From contig CAYLZE010000039.1 of assembly GCA_964388035.1 (NCBI GenBank), forward strand, positions 1-42,095: a DNA stretch of 42,095 bases. Direction: 5' to 3'. The stretch's first letter is position 1; each line of letters starts with the position of its first letter. Below, piece by piece: positions 28,144-38,091 of this stretch. A program made the position numbers and the translations under genes. This DNA comes from an uncultured archaeon (lineage in GTDB: Archaea; Asgardarchaeota; Lokiarchaeia; Sigyniarchaeales; SOKP01). A model generated the notes under the pieces. The model worked only from the letters and a program-made list of their open reading frames with translations, made no database searches and had not been told where the DNA came from.

Positions 28144-30636
28144 CTAGAATTTTGATTTAATGATAGAACTAATCAAATTTGGAAATTTCTCCCAATCAGA
28201 AATTGTTAACAATTGTCCACCAGTAATTTTTACCATTTTTTCTGCTTCTTTAAGATTATATTGATTTTCTGGACATACCAAGATAAAGTCTACCCCCATC
28301 GATCGCATGACTCTCAAGTCTTCTGCCACGTCCTTAATATCAAAGATCTCTGCATCTGTGAAAAGAATGTTCAATTTTTCCCGCGAGCTTGAACTTTCTT
28401 TAAATTGTTTTATTGCAAAATCCAAAGCTGCTTTAAGACGAGTTCCTCCTTTAGCTGTAACTGATAATAATTCTTCCGCTAACGATTCCAGCTCCACTTT
28501 TTTTGTCATTTCTTTTAATACATGAGTATTCGATTCAAAGAAAGCAACAGCCAATTCATCCATTTTCATTCCGTATATTAACATCGTAATGCAAATGCCC
28601 ATATAAGCCAATTTATCCCCTGACATGCTTCCTGATATATCCAATTCAAAACAAGCGCTTCTCTGTCCTTTAGCAGTTTCATATACATAAAAATCATCAT
28701 AATTTATATGTTCTAATCTTTTTCCTTTTTCTAAGATATTATTGATAGTTTCTTCGAGATCTACATTTTCATAATCATCGCCGATTGTGAGAGGCCTTAC
28801 AATATTAATCGGAATAGGCCCCGTCACGGCTGTACCCAATCTTGCTCGAGAATAATAGATTCCCAATTCTATAAGTATCTTTTTTGCCAGTTCTTTAACT
28901 TTCTCTTTTGCTTTTGGAGGAATGTTTTGTCGATGAATAAACCATTGCTTTAAAAGGTTTTCTCCACTTCCTGCTTGAAGTGAGCCAATAATTTCATTCA
29001 TTCCTTCATTTCCTCCTATTTTATTGGCTCCTTTTAGGGCTTTTTCCAAATCGAAATGACCTAACGCTGCTAATGCATCTCTATTGTCCGAGGATAAAGC
29101 ACTCTTTAAAAGTTCATTGATTCTATCTTCATTCAATTGATCTTTAATTTGGTTCATTAAATTACTTAATCTATTGAAATCTTGCACGTTCTTATCAATT
29201 AATTTTTTCAACAATTGATAATTAGGTTCAATTAATTCATAAATTTCTTCTTCACTCATCCCTAAATCCTTGCCTTTTTTTTCGATATCATCAGGATTTG
29301 GTTCCAATCCGATATTTCTTAAGAATTCTACGGAATCTTTTAACTGATTCGAATTTTCACATGATTCTAAGGTTCTGTTCACCATATCAGGTATTTCTCT
29401 ACCCATTTTTTGATTACAGCTTATGTTTGAACAAGAATTCATTAATTGCTGTAATTGATGTGAAAGGGATTTAAATGCCTCAAATTTCTTAGCTTGCCCA
29501 TCAGCAGATTGAATTGCTTTTTGTAAAGCTTTATCAAAGAGCGATTTCCAAGCTTTATTTGCTAAAGCTGCCTTTGAAAGCATTTCGAGTGATAAATTAT
29601 TCATTTGAGAATTATCTAAATTTTCATTTAGTTTTTCTAGAAAAGGCACTCTCATGTTTGTTCCAAAATATTGATCCAACGCATTAGCTAAGTTGAAATT
29701 ATGCTCAAAATCGAGATTCTTGAGAGAATTTTGTAAAATTTTATCCAAATCAAAATTCGGTACTTCTCCAAGATTTTTGGCGGCATTGAATAATTCATCA
29801 AAATTATTTAATTTGCCCTCCAATTCTTTCATTAAATTCTTTAAATTCTCACGCGGTATTGCATTCGAGTCTTTTAAAAACTTCAAGCTCTGAATTAAAT
29901 CGTTTAAATTGCCTGATTTCAATAGATCATTTAAATCTTGATCAATATTTTTATTATTTAGTGCCTTGCTCGTTAATTTTTCCCATTGTCTTATAGAATT
30001 CTCTTCAATCATTGAATCCAAATTCAATTCTTTAGCTGCCTTTAAATCAGCGGGATCTAATGAGTTTATTTTTTGAGATAATCTTTTTCTTGCTTCTTCT
30101 AATAATTGTTCCAATGAAGTGATTTGTTCCTTGAACAAATCAGAATCATCTTCAAAATATTTCAATGCCGATTTGTAAGGTTCAGAATTTTTTTTATTTT
30201 CCAATTCATTAAGAAATTTTTCCATTTGTTCAATTAAATCAACGTCAACGGATTTAGAAGCTTCAATTTCATCTATTAGATCTTGAAGTTGGTTCAATTC
30301 CTTTTTCTGAGTTGATGAAATTAAATCATCCATATCTTCAATCCCTTGCTCATCTTGAAAAAAAGAGGAAATTAAATCTTTATTATAATTCGGAAATAAA
30401 ATTTCAAAAGAAATTTGTTTTGCTAATTCTTGATTATCAGGATAAGAAGTGACTATGCTGATATCTATAAAATCTTGAGGAGTAATGTGCCCCTTGCGCA
30501 TGTATCTCGATAAAATCATCTTGGGAATGGATAACACCTGTCGGGAAGAAGGAATTTGAATTATGTCTGGATGATTTCTCATTCTACGTATAAACTCAAC
30601 GCTAAACTCGCAAGGGCTTTCAGGAAAAATTCCCAA
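28144..30636 (-). CDS. VWA-domain protein (CoxE-like, MoxR partner) with long helical N-terminus
   Basis: MIDAS motif DISGS, GGT, FTDAE, and the pre-VWA VDLEETI segment. Confidence 0.9.
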   Translation of the reverse strand: MGIFPESPCEFSVEFIRRMRNHPDIIQIPSSRQVLSIPKMILSRYMRKGHITPQDFIDISIVTSYPDNQELAKQISFEILFPNYNKDLISSFFQDEQGIEDMDDLISSTQKKELNQLQDLIDEIEASKSVDVDLIEQMEKFLNELENKKNSEPYKSALKYFEDDSDLFKEQITSLEQLLEEARKRLSQKINSLDPADLKAAKELNLDSMIEENSIRQWEKLTSKALNNKNIDQDLNDLLKSGNLNDLIQSLKFLKDSNAIPRENLKNLMKELEGKLNNFDELFNAAKNLGEVPNFDLDKILQNSLKNLDFEHNFNLANALDQYFGTNMRVPFLEKLNENLDNSQMNNLSLEMLSKAALANKAWKSLFDKALQKAIQSADGQAKKFEAFKSLSHQLQQLMNSCSNISCNQKMGREIPDMVNRTLESCENSNQLKDSVEFLRNIGLEPNPDDIEKKGKDLGMSEEEIYELIEPNYQLLKKLIDKNVQDFNRLSNLMNQIKDQLNEDRINELLKSALSSDNRDALAALGHFDLEKALKGANKIGGNEGMNEIIGSLQAGSGENLLKQWFIHRQNIPPKAKEKVKELAKKILIELGIYYSRARLGTAVTGPIPINIVRPLTIGDDYENVDLEETINNILEKGKRLEHINYDDFYVYETAKGQRSACFELDISGSMSGDKLAYMGICITMLIYGMKMDELAVAFFESNTHVLKEMTKKVELESLAEELLSVTAKGGTRLKAALDFAIKQFKESSSSREKLNILFTDAEIFDIKDVAEDLRVMRSMGVDFILVCPENQYNLKEAEKMVKITGGQLLTISDWEKFPNLISSIIKSKF

Positions 30637-30644
30637 TTATAGAT

Positions 30645-31580
30645 TCACCCGCCTAATAATTTATTAATGATATTATTAACCACGTCCTCTACATCTACAC
30701 CCGGTTTAGGTTTTACACTACCCAATAAAACATTTCTCGATATTTCAGATAGGTGAATGTATGCAGATTTTTTTTCTTGGACATCTCCTTGTTTTTCTAA
30801 CGCTCTTTTTCTTCCCAAAAGCTTTGCCATGGCAATTCCTGCTCTAATTGAGGCGGGTATTTCTATATCAATCATATTTTTACGTGTTTCATTAATTATT
30901 GAATATATCAATTCTAATTCAGATTCTTCTATTGTAAAATGCTCCGGCAAATTAATCCGAATTATATCCAACTCAGTAGCTTTATCAGGATAATCCAATT
31001 TTATCCAGACTTTAATTCGATCTTTCAAAGCTTCAGATAACCTGTGCGTTCCGGATAATTCCTCCGGATTCATCGCACAAATGAAGAAAAAATCCTTATC
31101 TGCCTTGACCCTTCCTAAATGAGGTACGCTTACGGATGCCTCTTCTAATGGTTCCAACAAGGTATTTTGGGAATATTCCGTTGCTCGGTTTATTTCATTA
31201 GCTAAAAATGTTCCTCCTTCAAGCATCGCACTCAATAATGGTCCAGGATTAAATGCATCCAAGGTAAAGCCTTGCTTTAACACGATCGCGGGATCATAAC
31301 TTCCTATGAAGTGCGAGGGCTTAATTGACTCATCCATGGTCAACCAGTAGAAATTTTTCTGCTTTTCCGCTCTCATACTCGCAAAATACCTGCATAGAAT
31401 TGTTTTTCCTACACCAGGTGGACCGATTAAAGCAGGAAATAAAGATGTTGCCTCAGCATCTTTTAATAATTCCAAAGCCTTACCGTATTGTCCTGATAGG
31501 ACAATATCTATCTTTTCTAAGCTTAAATCTTTTATGAGCTGTTGATTAAATAATGTAGTAAATCTCTCTCTATTTATCAC
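30645..31580 (-). CDS. MoxR-family AAA+ ATPase
   Basis: GPPGVGKT, PGPL, FLANEINRA, QNTLL, AMNP and LSEALKDR. Confidence 0.93.
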   Translation of the reverse strand: MINRERFTTLFNQQLIKDLSLEKIDIVLSGQYGKALELLKDAEATSLFPALIGPPGVGKTILCRYFASMRAEKQKNFYWLTMDESIKPSHFIGSYDPAIVLKQGFTLDAFNPGPLLSAMLEGGTFLANEINRATEYSQNTLLEPLEEASVSVPHLGRVKADKDFFFICAMNPEELSGTHRLSEALKDRIKVWIKLDYPDKATELDIIRINLPEHFTIEESELELIYSIINETRKNMIDIEIPASIRAGIAMAKLLGRKRALEKQGDVQEKKSAYIHLSEISRNVLLGSVKPKPGVDVEDVVNNIINKLLGG

Positions 31581-31869
31581 TATATATCCTCATTTATTTT
31601 ATTTCTAGTGATGATAATTTCTAATGCTTGAAAATATTTATTTTTAAATATAATAAGTCATGAGAATCTTGTAATGAATCATTATTGCAAATAAAATAGA
31701 TAAAGAAGAGATTTAAAAATCAATAATTTTTACTAAACTCTTGCTCTCTTTATTTATTTTTTCATGCTTTATTCTCTAAAATACTAAAATTTTATATGAT
31801 CCATTTGCCTATTTTTAATTTAACAGTAATAAATTAAATTCGAATATAAGAGGATTGAGATAAAGCATC

Positions 31870-34248
31870 ATGATCATCGAACAAAGGTCTTATTCTGATT
31901 ATGAAGAACAAATACAACGAATGAAAAAAGAAGTACTATCTTTTCCCCACGAGATATGTATAGAAAGAGCAAAAATCTTTACTTCATCTTATAAAAAGAC
32001 CGTGGGCGAACCTCCAATTATCCGATTTGCTAAAGCAATGGATAAATTGCTCAGGGAAATGACAATAAAAATTTGGAATGATGAATATATTGTCGGGAAT
32101 CGATGTACTAAAAAGATTGGAACGCCCCTTTATCCTGAGGTAAGAATTGATACCATTGAACAAGATATTTATTCCTATGAAAAACGTGAGGCTCAAAAAT
32201 TATTCATTTCTGAAGAAGATAGAAGTAATCTAATTTCTGAAATATTACCCTATTGGAAAACGGAAGAAGAAACCGTAAAAGAGCGGTACTTATCTTATAT
32301 CCCTGCCGATATCAAAGAAAAGGTCGATACTTTAGTATTCACCATAGAAACAGAGGTAACAAATGGAATTGGCCACTTTTTTCCGGGTCATGAAAATGTA
32401 CTTAAATATGGGCTTAGAGGATTAATTCAGAAAGTTGAAGATAAATTGAGCACTATAGTTGAAGATCCCAAAAAGAAAGTAAACATGAATGCAATGCTCA
32501 TTGAATTAAATGCAGTTAGTTTCTTTATTAAAAGATTTTCGAATCTTGCATTAGAATTATCCAAAAATGAATTGAATCCTCAACGAAATCGAGAATTAAT
32601 CGAGATAAGCGAAACATGTAATAATATCGCTGAAAAACCCCCTAATACTTTTAAAGAGGCGCTTCAATTAATTTATTTTACCCATCTGGCATGTGGATTG
32701 GAGGATGGTGGTTTTGCAATAAGTATTGGTCGCTTGGATCAGTATTTATATCCCTATTATATGGAAGACTTGAATAATGGTACGATTACGGATAGTGAGG
32801 TCCAATTCTTAATAGAGTGTTTCTTTTTAAAATTGAATACCCTTTGGAATTATGTATTTTATTTGGGCGTGAATGCTGCGGAAGGTCCTCCCATCGCTGA
32901 GAATGTAACGATCGGAGGATTAGATTCTAACGGAAATGATGCTACTAATAATTTATCAATCATTATATTAAAAGCATATACAAATCTAAAAACAGTCCAG
33001 CCTACATTTTCTATTCGAGTTCATAAAAAAACATCTACTAAATTCTTATCCCTCGTAGCAGATTCAATAAAGGAAGGAACCAGCATGGCCCTTTTTAATG
33101 ATTCGGTTATGATAGAAGGATTAGTTAATCGAGGTTTCACGTTACAAGATGCGCGCCATTATGCTCCAATTGGTTGCGTGGAACCCCAGCATCCCTATAA
33201 GTCATTTGGATCCACTAATGCTAATCAATTCAATATTGTAAAATGTGTAGAATTAGCTCTAAATAATGGAACGGATATTTTTCTCAGGAGAGAGATAGGA
33301 TTAAAATACGATACTCCAATTACATCCTATCAAGATCTATGGCAGAGATTCTTGGAAAATATGAAACTTTTCATTGATTACATGGTAAAATCTATGTATT
33401 ATCTCGATAAAGCAATTTCTGAAATTAATCCCCAACCTTTTTTATCAACGACCATAAACAATTGCATTGAAAGGGGATTGGATATAACGCAAGGGGGTGC
33501 AGTGTATGATTTTACGGGACCGCAAATGATCGGATTGGCCACGGCAGCGGATAGTTTGGCTGTAATTAAAAAAATCATTTTCGATGAAAAATTGCTCTCG
33601 CTTGAAGAGCTCACTCAGATGTTAAAAAAAAACTTTAAAGGAAAGTATCAAGGAAAAGATGGGAAAGAATGGAGAGAGATTTTTATTAATAAAGTCCCTA
33701 AATTCGGCAATGATAATGATTATGTTGATAATATTGCTATTGACATTGTTGATAATTTCTGTAATGAGATATCGAAACATGCTAATTTCAGAGGAGGTAA
33801 ATATAATCCGGGAATTTATTCTACATCCTTGCATCTTGCTTTTGGCACCTTTACAGGAGCTTCCGCTGATGGCAGAAAATCTCGCGATCCCTTATCAAAC
33901 GGTTTAGGACCTACACATGGAAGAGATAAAGAGGGTCCAACAGCTATTTTAAATTCCGTCAAAAAATTAGATAATTCCCTCCAAACAAATGGAAATTCTT
34001 TAATTCTTGCCTTTCATCCAAAATCTTTTAAATCCGAATTATTTCCCTCATTAATTCGTTCCTATTTTACGGAAAATGGAGGCTATCATATTCAATTTAA
34101 CGTAGTCGGAAAAGACACGTTATATGATGCTCAAGTCCATCCGGAGAAGCATCTTGGTCTTGTTGTTCGCATTGCGGGTTATTCAGTTTTATTTAATGAA
34201 TTGTCCACTAACGCTCAAAATGAAATTATTGCTCGAACTGAATACTAA
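31870..34248 (+). CDS. Glycyl radical enzyme (PFL2/dehydratase-lyase-like), substrate unknown
   Basis: ICIERA, GRLDQYLYPYY, single-Cys loop GCVEP, PKFGND and Gly-loop VRIAGYS. Confidence 0.95.
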   Translation: MIIEQRSYSDYEEQIQRMKKEVLSFPHEICIERAKIFTSSYKKTVGEPPIIRFAKAMDKLLREMTIKIWNDEYIVGNRCTKKIGTPLYPEVRIDTIEQDIYSYEKREAQKLFISEEDRSNLISEILPYWKTEEETVKERYLSYIPADIKEKVDTLVFTIETEVTNGIGHFFPGHENVLKYGLRGLIQKVEDKLSTIVEDPKKKVNMNAMLIELNAVSFFIKRFSNLALELSKNELNPQRNRELIEISETCNNIAEKPPNTFKEALQLIYFTHLACGLEDGGFAISIGRLDQYLYPYYMEDLNNGTITDSEVQFLIECFFLKLNTLWNYVFYLGVNAAEGPPIAENVTIGGLDSNGNDATNNLSIIILKAYTNLKTVQPTFSIRVHKKTSTKFLSLVADSIKEGTSMALFNDSVMIEGLVNRGFTLQDARHYAPIGCVEPQHPYKSFGSTNANQFNIVKCVELALNNGTDIFLRREIGLKYDTPITSYQDLWQRFLENMKLFIDYMVKSMYYLDKAISEINPQPFLSTTINNCIERGLDITQGGAVYDFTGPQMIGLATAADSLAVIKKIIFDEKLLSLEELTQMLKKNFKGKYQGKDGKEWREIFINKVPKFGNDNDYVDNIAIDIVDNFCNEISKHANFRGGKYNPGIYSTSLHLAFGTFTGASADGRKSRDPLSNGLGPTHGRDKEGPTAILNSVKKLDNSLQTNGNSLILAFHPKSFKSELFPSLIRSYFTENGGYHIQFNVVGKDTLYDAQVHPEKHLGLVVRIAGYSVLFNELSTNAQNEIIARTEY

Positions 34249-34473
34249 TTTAATTTTTCTTATCTTTCTTGATTTTTGCCCATATCAATAATCATGAATT
34301 TACCCTTTACTTGAGAAAATATACAGCATCAGCATTCTAAAACACTGACAATGAGGAATATATGATAAAAAAAGTTCACTATTCAAACAGATTGTTTTTT
34401 TATGAATTAAATCCACAAAAATTATATTTTTTTATTAATTATATTTCAAAAAAATGAAAGTGATTCTTCTACG

Positions 34474-34480
34474 TATTAAA
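34474..34480 (+). promoter_or_regulatory. Putative TATA box of the tRNA-Ala/valS unit
   Basis: TATTAAA lies 26-32 nt upstream of the tRNA 5' end. Confidence 0.4.
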
Positions 34481-34505
34481 TGATACATGGTTCACTTTCT
34501 TTCAT

Positions 34506-34607
34506 GGGCCTGTAGATTAGTGGCAGATAGCTATGCTTAAATGCTTGCATGCCTGAAACGCGAGATTCGCATTCTCGAGGCCACGGGTTCAAATCCCGTC
34601 AGGTCCA
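34506..34607 (+). tRNA. tRNA-Ala(CGC) with a 30-nt intron at non-canonical position 24/25 (34529-34558)
   Basis: Acceptor stem GGGCCTG/CAGGTCC with G3:U70 and A73; anticodon arm CGAGA-TTCGCAT-TCTCG; T arm ACGGG-TTCAAAT-CCCGT. The D-stem GATT/GATC forms only after removing 34529-34558. CCA is not encoded. Confidence 0.93.
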
Positions 34608-34637
34608 TTCATTATTTAATAATCTCAGGATAATAAA

Positions 34638-37244
34638 ATGACGCCAGAGCAAGAATATCCTAAAAGGTATAATCATGGTCAAGTCCAGAAAAAATGGATT
34701 ACATTTTGGAAGAAGGAGGGGATTTATAAATTCAATCCCAAATGTAAAGATAAAGTATTTTCTATTGACACTCCTCCACCTTTCGTTAGCGGAACCCTTC
34801 ATTTAGGGCACGTTCTTAATCATTCATGGATTGATTTTGTTGCGAGATATCATAAAATGGCAGGTGATAATGTCTTCTTCCCGCAAGGTTTTGATTGCCA
34901 TGGACTTCCCGTGGAACTAGCCGTCGAGAAAAATTATGGAATCACCAAAGAAAATAGAGAACAATTTCTAACCAAATGCGTGGAATGGGTCGAACAAAAT
35001 ATAAATAATATGACCCAACAATTCGATGAGCTGGGATATTCAACGGATTGGAATTATACCTATCGAACCATGAATGATGATTATAAATATAAAGTGCAAT
35101 GGTCGCTTTTATATTTTTATAATAAGGGCTGGTTATATCGTGAAAAATTTCCCACTCATTTCTGCGTAAATTGTCAAACATCCGTGGCAAAGGCTGAAGT
35201 CGGATATGAAGATGAAATGGGCAAGTTATGGTACATAAAATTACCTCTTGTGAATAGAGAGAATGAATTCATCACCATTGCTACTACGCGTCCGGAGTAC
35301 ATGGAAGCTTGCGTGGGAATTTTCATCCATCCGAATGATGATCGTTATTATGATCTTTCTGCAGCAGAAGTTAAAATTCCTTTTACTGATCGCACGGTTC
35401 AGATTCGCATGGATAAAAACGTTGATATGAATTTTGGTACGGGAATAGTATATAACTGTACATATGGAGATGAAACCGATATAAAATGGAGAATTCAATA
35501 TGATTTACCGGAAATACAAATTTTTACTATTGATGGACACATGAATCAAAATTCTAAATATGAAGGTCTAACCATTTTGGAGGCAAGAGAACAGATTTTA
35601 AAAGAGCTAGAAGAAATAGGGCTCTTAGAAAAAGTAGAAGACTATGAACATCGCATAATTATTCATTCGGAAAGATCTTCTTGTAGAAAACCCATAGAAT
35701 ATTTACCCGTGTATCAATGGTTCATTAACGTGAAAGATTTTACAGGTGAAATAATTGAGTCTGCAAATATCATGAAATGGTATCCTGAAAAACATAAACA
35801 AAGACTTATAGATTGGTGTGAGGGTTTAGATTGGAATTGGGTCATTTCTCGTCAAAGAGTTTTTGGTACTCCTATCCCCTTTTGGTATTGTAAAAAATGT
35901 AATGAAATTATTGCTCCAAACGAGGAAGATTTACCCTTGGACCCCGTAAAGACACCCGCTCCCGTGAAAAAATGCCCAAAATGCGGGAGTTCAGACTTAG
36001 AAGGTGAAAAAGACGTGTGTGATTGTTGGATAGATTCCAGCATCTCTCCATTAGCGATTAGTAAATGGCTAGAAGACGAGGAATTTTTTAAAAAAACCTA
36101 CATGAATGCTAAAGTTCATAGACCGCAAGGATACGAAATCATACGCACCTGGTTGTTCTATACTCTTTTTAGATGCAAAAAATTAACCGGTAAGGCACCA
36201 TTCCACGAGGCAATGATTAACGGGATGGTAGCAGGCCCTGACGCACGCAAGATGTCCAAGAGTTTTGGAAATATCGTATCGCCTGATGAAGTCATGCCCG
36301 AATTTGGTGCGGATGCCATAAGGCAATGGGCCGCATTAGGTACTCTTGGCGATGATTATCCCTTTGAATATACTTGGTATGATATTAATAAGAAACAACC
36401 CGTGTCAGAAGAAACAATACAGAAAGAAAAAAAGCGTTTAGGAAAAGATAAATTCAAAAAAAAATATCAACGAAGATATGAACAATTAATTGCGGCTTCT
36501 CGCTTTCTAACAAAAATGTGGAATGCTTATCGATTTCTCTATTTAAATGTATCAAAAATTGATTTGTCTGATATTGATGTTGAAATCAAAGATTTATCTG
36601 CGGTAGATTCTTACATTTTTTCTGAATTTAACGAAAAACTTGAAGCGATCAAAAATGCTTTTGAAGGCTATAACTGGCATGATGCTTTTATAAATTTGAA
36701 GACGTTCTTTTGGAACGATGTTTGTGATAATTATATAGAAGCAATTAAACATAAATTCTATTCGGAGGATAATACTGAATCTAACTCTGCTTTAAAGAAT
36801 ACTTTAAATTTATTTTATGAGTTATTGAAAATATTTGCTATTTTCATTCCTTTCATATCGGAAGAGATTCATGATTTATTGTATAAAAAATATGTGAAAT
36901 CAAAATCAATTCATTTGGAACAACTTCCCAAAAAATTTGAAGATATTTCCAATGAAAAAGTGAATCAAGGTAAATTCTGTATAGAGATTATCAAAAACCT
37001 AAGAAATCTTAAATCAAAATTTGGTATCCCTCTGAATCAAGAAATAAGAGAAGTATATCTAATCTTAGAAAATAAGGATTCAGAAAAATTATCAAATGAA
37101 ACACTGGAAGATATTAGAAATACAATACGCATAAATGAATTAAAGATCAATGAAAAAATTGATAAATCCTTAATAGATAATGAACAAAGTTTTTTCAAGG
37201 AGGAAATCAAAGAAATGGGAATGACAGCTTACTTTTTTATTTGA
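34638..37244 (+). CDS. valS: Valine--tRNA ligase (archaeal type)
   Basis: IDTPPP, HLGH, GFDCHGLP, ATTRPE, WVISRQR, RPQGYEIIRTW and KMSKS. Confidence 0.97.
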   Translation: MTPEQEYPKRYNHGQVQKKWITFWKKEGIYKFNPKCKDKVFSIDTPPPFVSGTLHLGHVLNHSWIDFVARYHKMAGDNVFFPQGFDCHGLPVELAVEKNYGITKENREQFLTKCVEWVEQNINNMTQQFDELGYSTDWNYTYRTMNDDYKYKVQWSLLYFYNKGWLYREKFPTHFCVNCQTSVAKAEVGYEDEMGKLWYIKLPLVNRENEFITIATTRPEYMEACVGIFIHPNDDRYYDLSAAEVKIPFTDRTVQIRMDKNVDMNFGTGIVYNCTYGDETDIKWRIQYDLPEIQIFTIDGHMNQNSKYEGLTILEAREQILKELEEIGLLEKVEDYEHRIIIHSERSSCRKPIEYLPVYQWFINVKDFTGEIIESANIMKWYPEKHKQRLIDWCEGLDWNWVISRQRVFGTPIPFWYCKKCNEIIAPNEEDLPLDPVKTPAPVKKCPKCGSSDLEGEKDVCDCWIDSSISPLAISKWLEDEEFFKKTYMNAKVHRPQGYEIIRTWLFYTLFRCKKLTGKAPFHEAMINGMVAGPDARKMSKSFGNIVSPDEVMPEFGADAIRQWAALGTLGDDYPFEYTWYDINKKQPVSEETIQKEKKRLGKDKFKKKYQRRYEQLIAASRFLTKMWNAYRFLYLNVSKIDLSDIDVEIKDLSAVDSYIFSEFNEKLEAIKNAFEGYNWHDAFINLKTFFWNDVCDNYIEAIKHKFYSEDNTESNSALKNTLNLFYELLKIFAIFIPFISEEIHDLLYKKYVKSKSIHLEQLPKKFEDISNEKVNQGKFCIEIIKNLRNLKSKFGIPLNQEIREVYLILENKDSEKLSNETLEDIRNTIRINELKINEKIDKSLIDNEQSFFKEEIKEMGMTAYFFI

Positions 37245-37322
37245 TTTCCTTTAAAAACTCTCTTATTTTTAAAACTAAACTCCGTTTTTATAAACGATGT
37301 AGATTTTTTCTGGTAAAGAGGA

Positions 37323-38060
37323 TTAATTTTCCCCTAGCTTTTCTTTTTTTTCTTCAATACCCAATTGAGCTATCATCATCCGTTTCATTTCTTCAACATT
37401 TTTGGGCATTCCATACATTTCTGCATATTTATCCGTAGTTGTTAATTCTTGGGTTCTTCCTTTTTTTTTCGCTGAAATATACCCATTTTCTAAAAGATAA
37501 CTAACATGTTCGTATGCTCCAGATCCTCTTATCTTTATCAAAGTTGATTTAAGAATTGGTTGTTTTAATGCAATAATTGTTAATGTTCTTAAATATCGTT
37601 CTGCAATAGCCCCTCCTTTTGCAAATTTTGAAATTCGGTCCATGTATTCGGGTTTAATTTGTAATTGATACGTATCTTCTCCCAATTGGCTTATAATTAG
37701 AGCAGAATTGCGATCCAAATATTCGAATGCTAATTCTTTCATTAAGTTTTCGACTTCTTTCTTGGAAAGATTCAATTTATTTGAAACTTCTTCAATAGTG
37801 AGAGACGTTCCCGCAACAAATAAAGACGCTTCAATTAAATTCTTATTAAATTGTTGAGGTTCAATCTCAATGGTTATTTCGCCCTCATCTAACATATCGT
37901 TTGAAAGTTCAGTATCTGTTTCATTATTAATTTCTTCTTCAATCGGTGGATTTGAAATTTGATCTCCTTCTAAAGATTCGCCCAATTCTTCTTCGGGCTT
38001 TCCTTGTTCAAAATCCTCCTTTTCCTCTTCATCATTTTCTTCTTTATCATTCTCCATCAT
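37323..38060 (-). CDS. scpB: SMC-Scp complex subunit ScpB with acidic N-terminal extension
   Basis: IEASLFV, LRTLTIIALKQPI, IRG and TTTDKYAEMYG. Confidence 0.92.
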   Translation of the reverse strand: MMENDKEENDEEEKEDFEQGKPEEELGESLEGDQISNPPIEEEINNETDTELSNDMLDEGEITIEIEPQQFNKNLIEASLFVAGTSLTIEEVSNKLNLSKKEVENLMKELAFEYLDRNSALIISQLGEDTYQLQIKPEYMDRISKFAKGGAIAERYLRTLTIIALKQPILKSTLIKIRGSGAYEHVSYLLENGYISAKKKGRTQELTTTDKYAEMYGMPKNVEEMKRMMIAQLGIEEKKEKLGEN

Positions 38061-38091
38061 GATTAATATCCTATTTTTAAAAAATTCTAAA

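Noticed and set aside
31693-31760. Imperfect inverted repeat (AAAATAGATAAAGAAGAG / CTCTCTTTATTTATTTT) between moxR and the GRE
   Set aside because: Low-complexity AT-rich match that is plausible by chance.
34506-34637. tRNA upstream of valS as a T-box-like leader or integration site
   Set aside because: It is a bona fide tRNA-Ala (non-cognate for ValRS). I saw no duplicated 3' end or integrase in the window.
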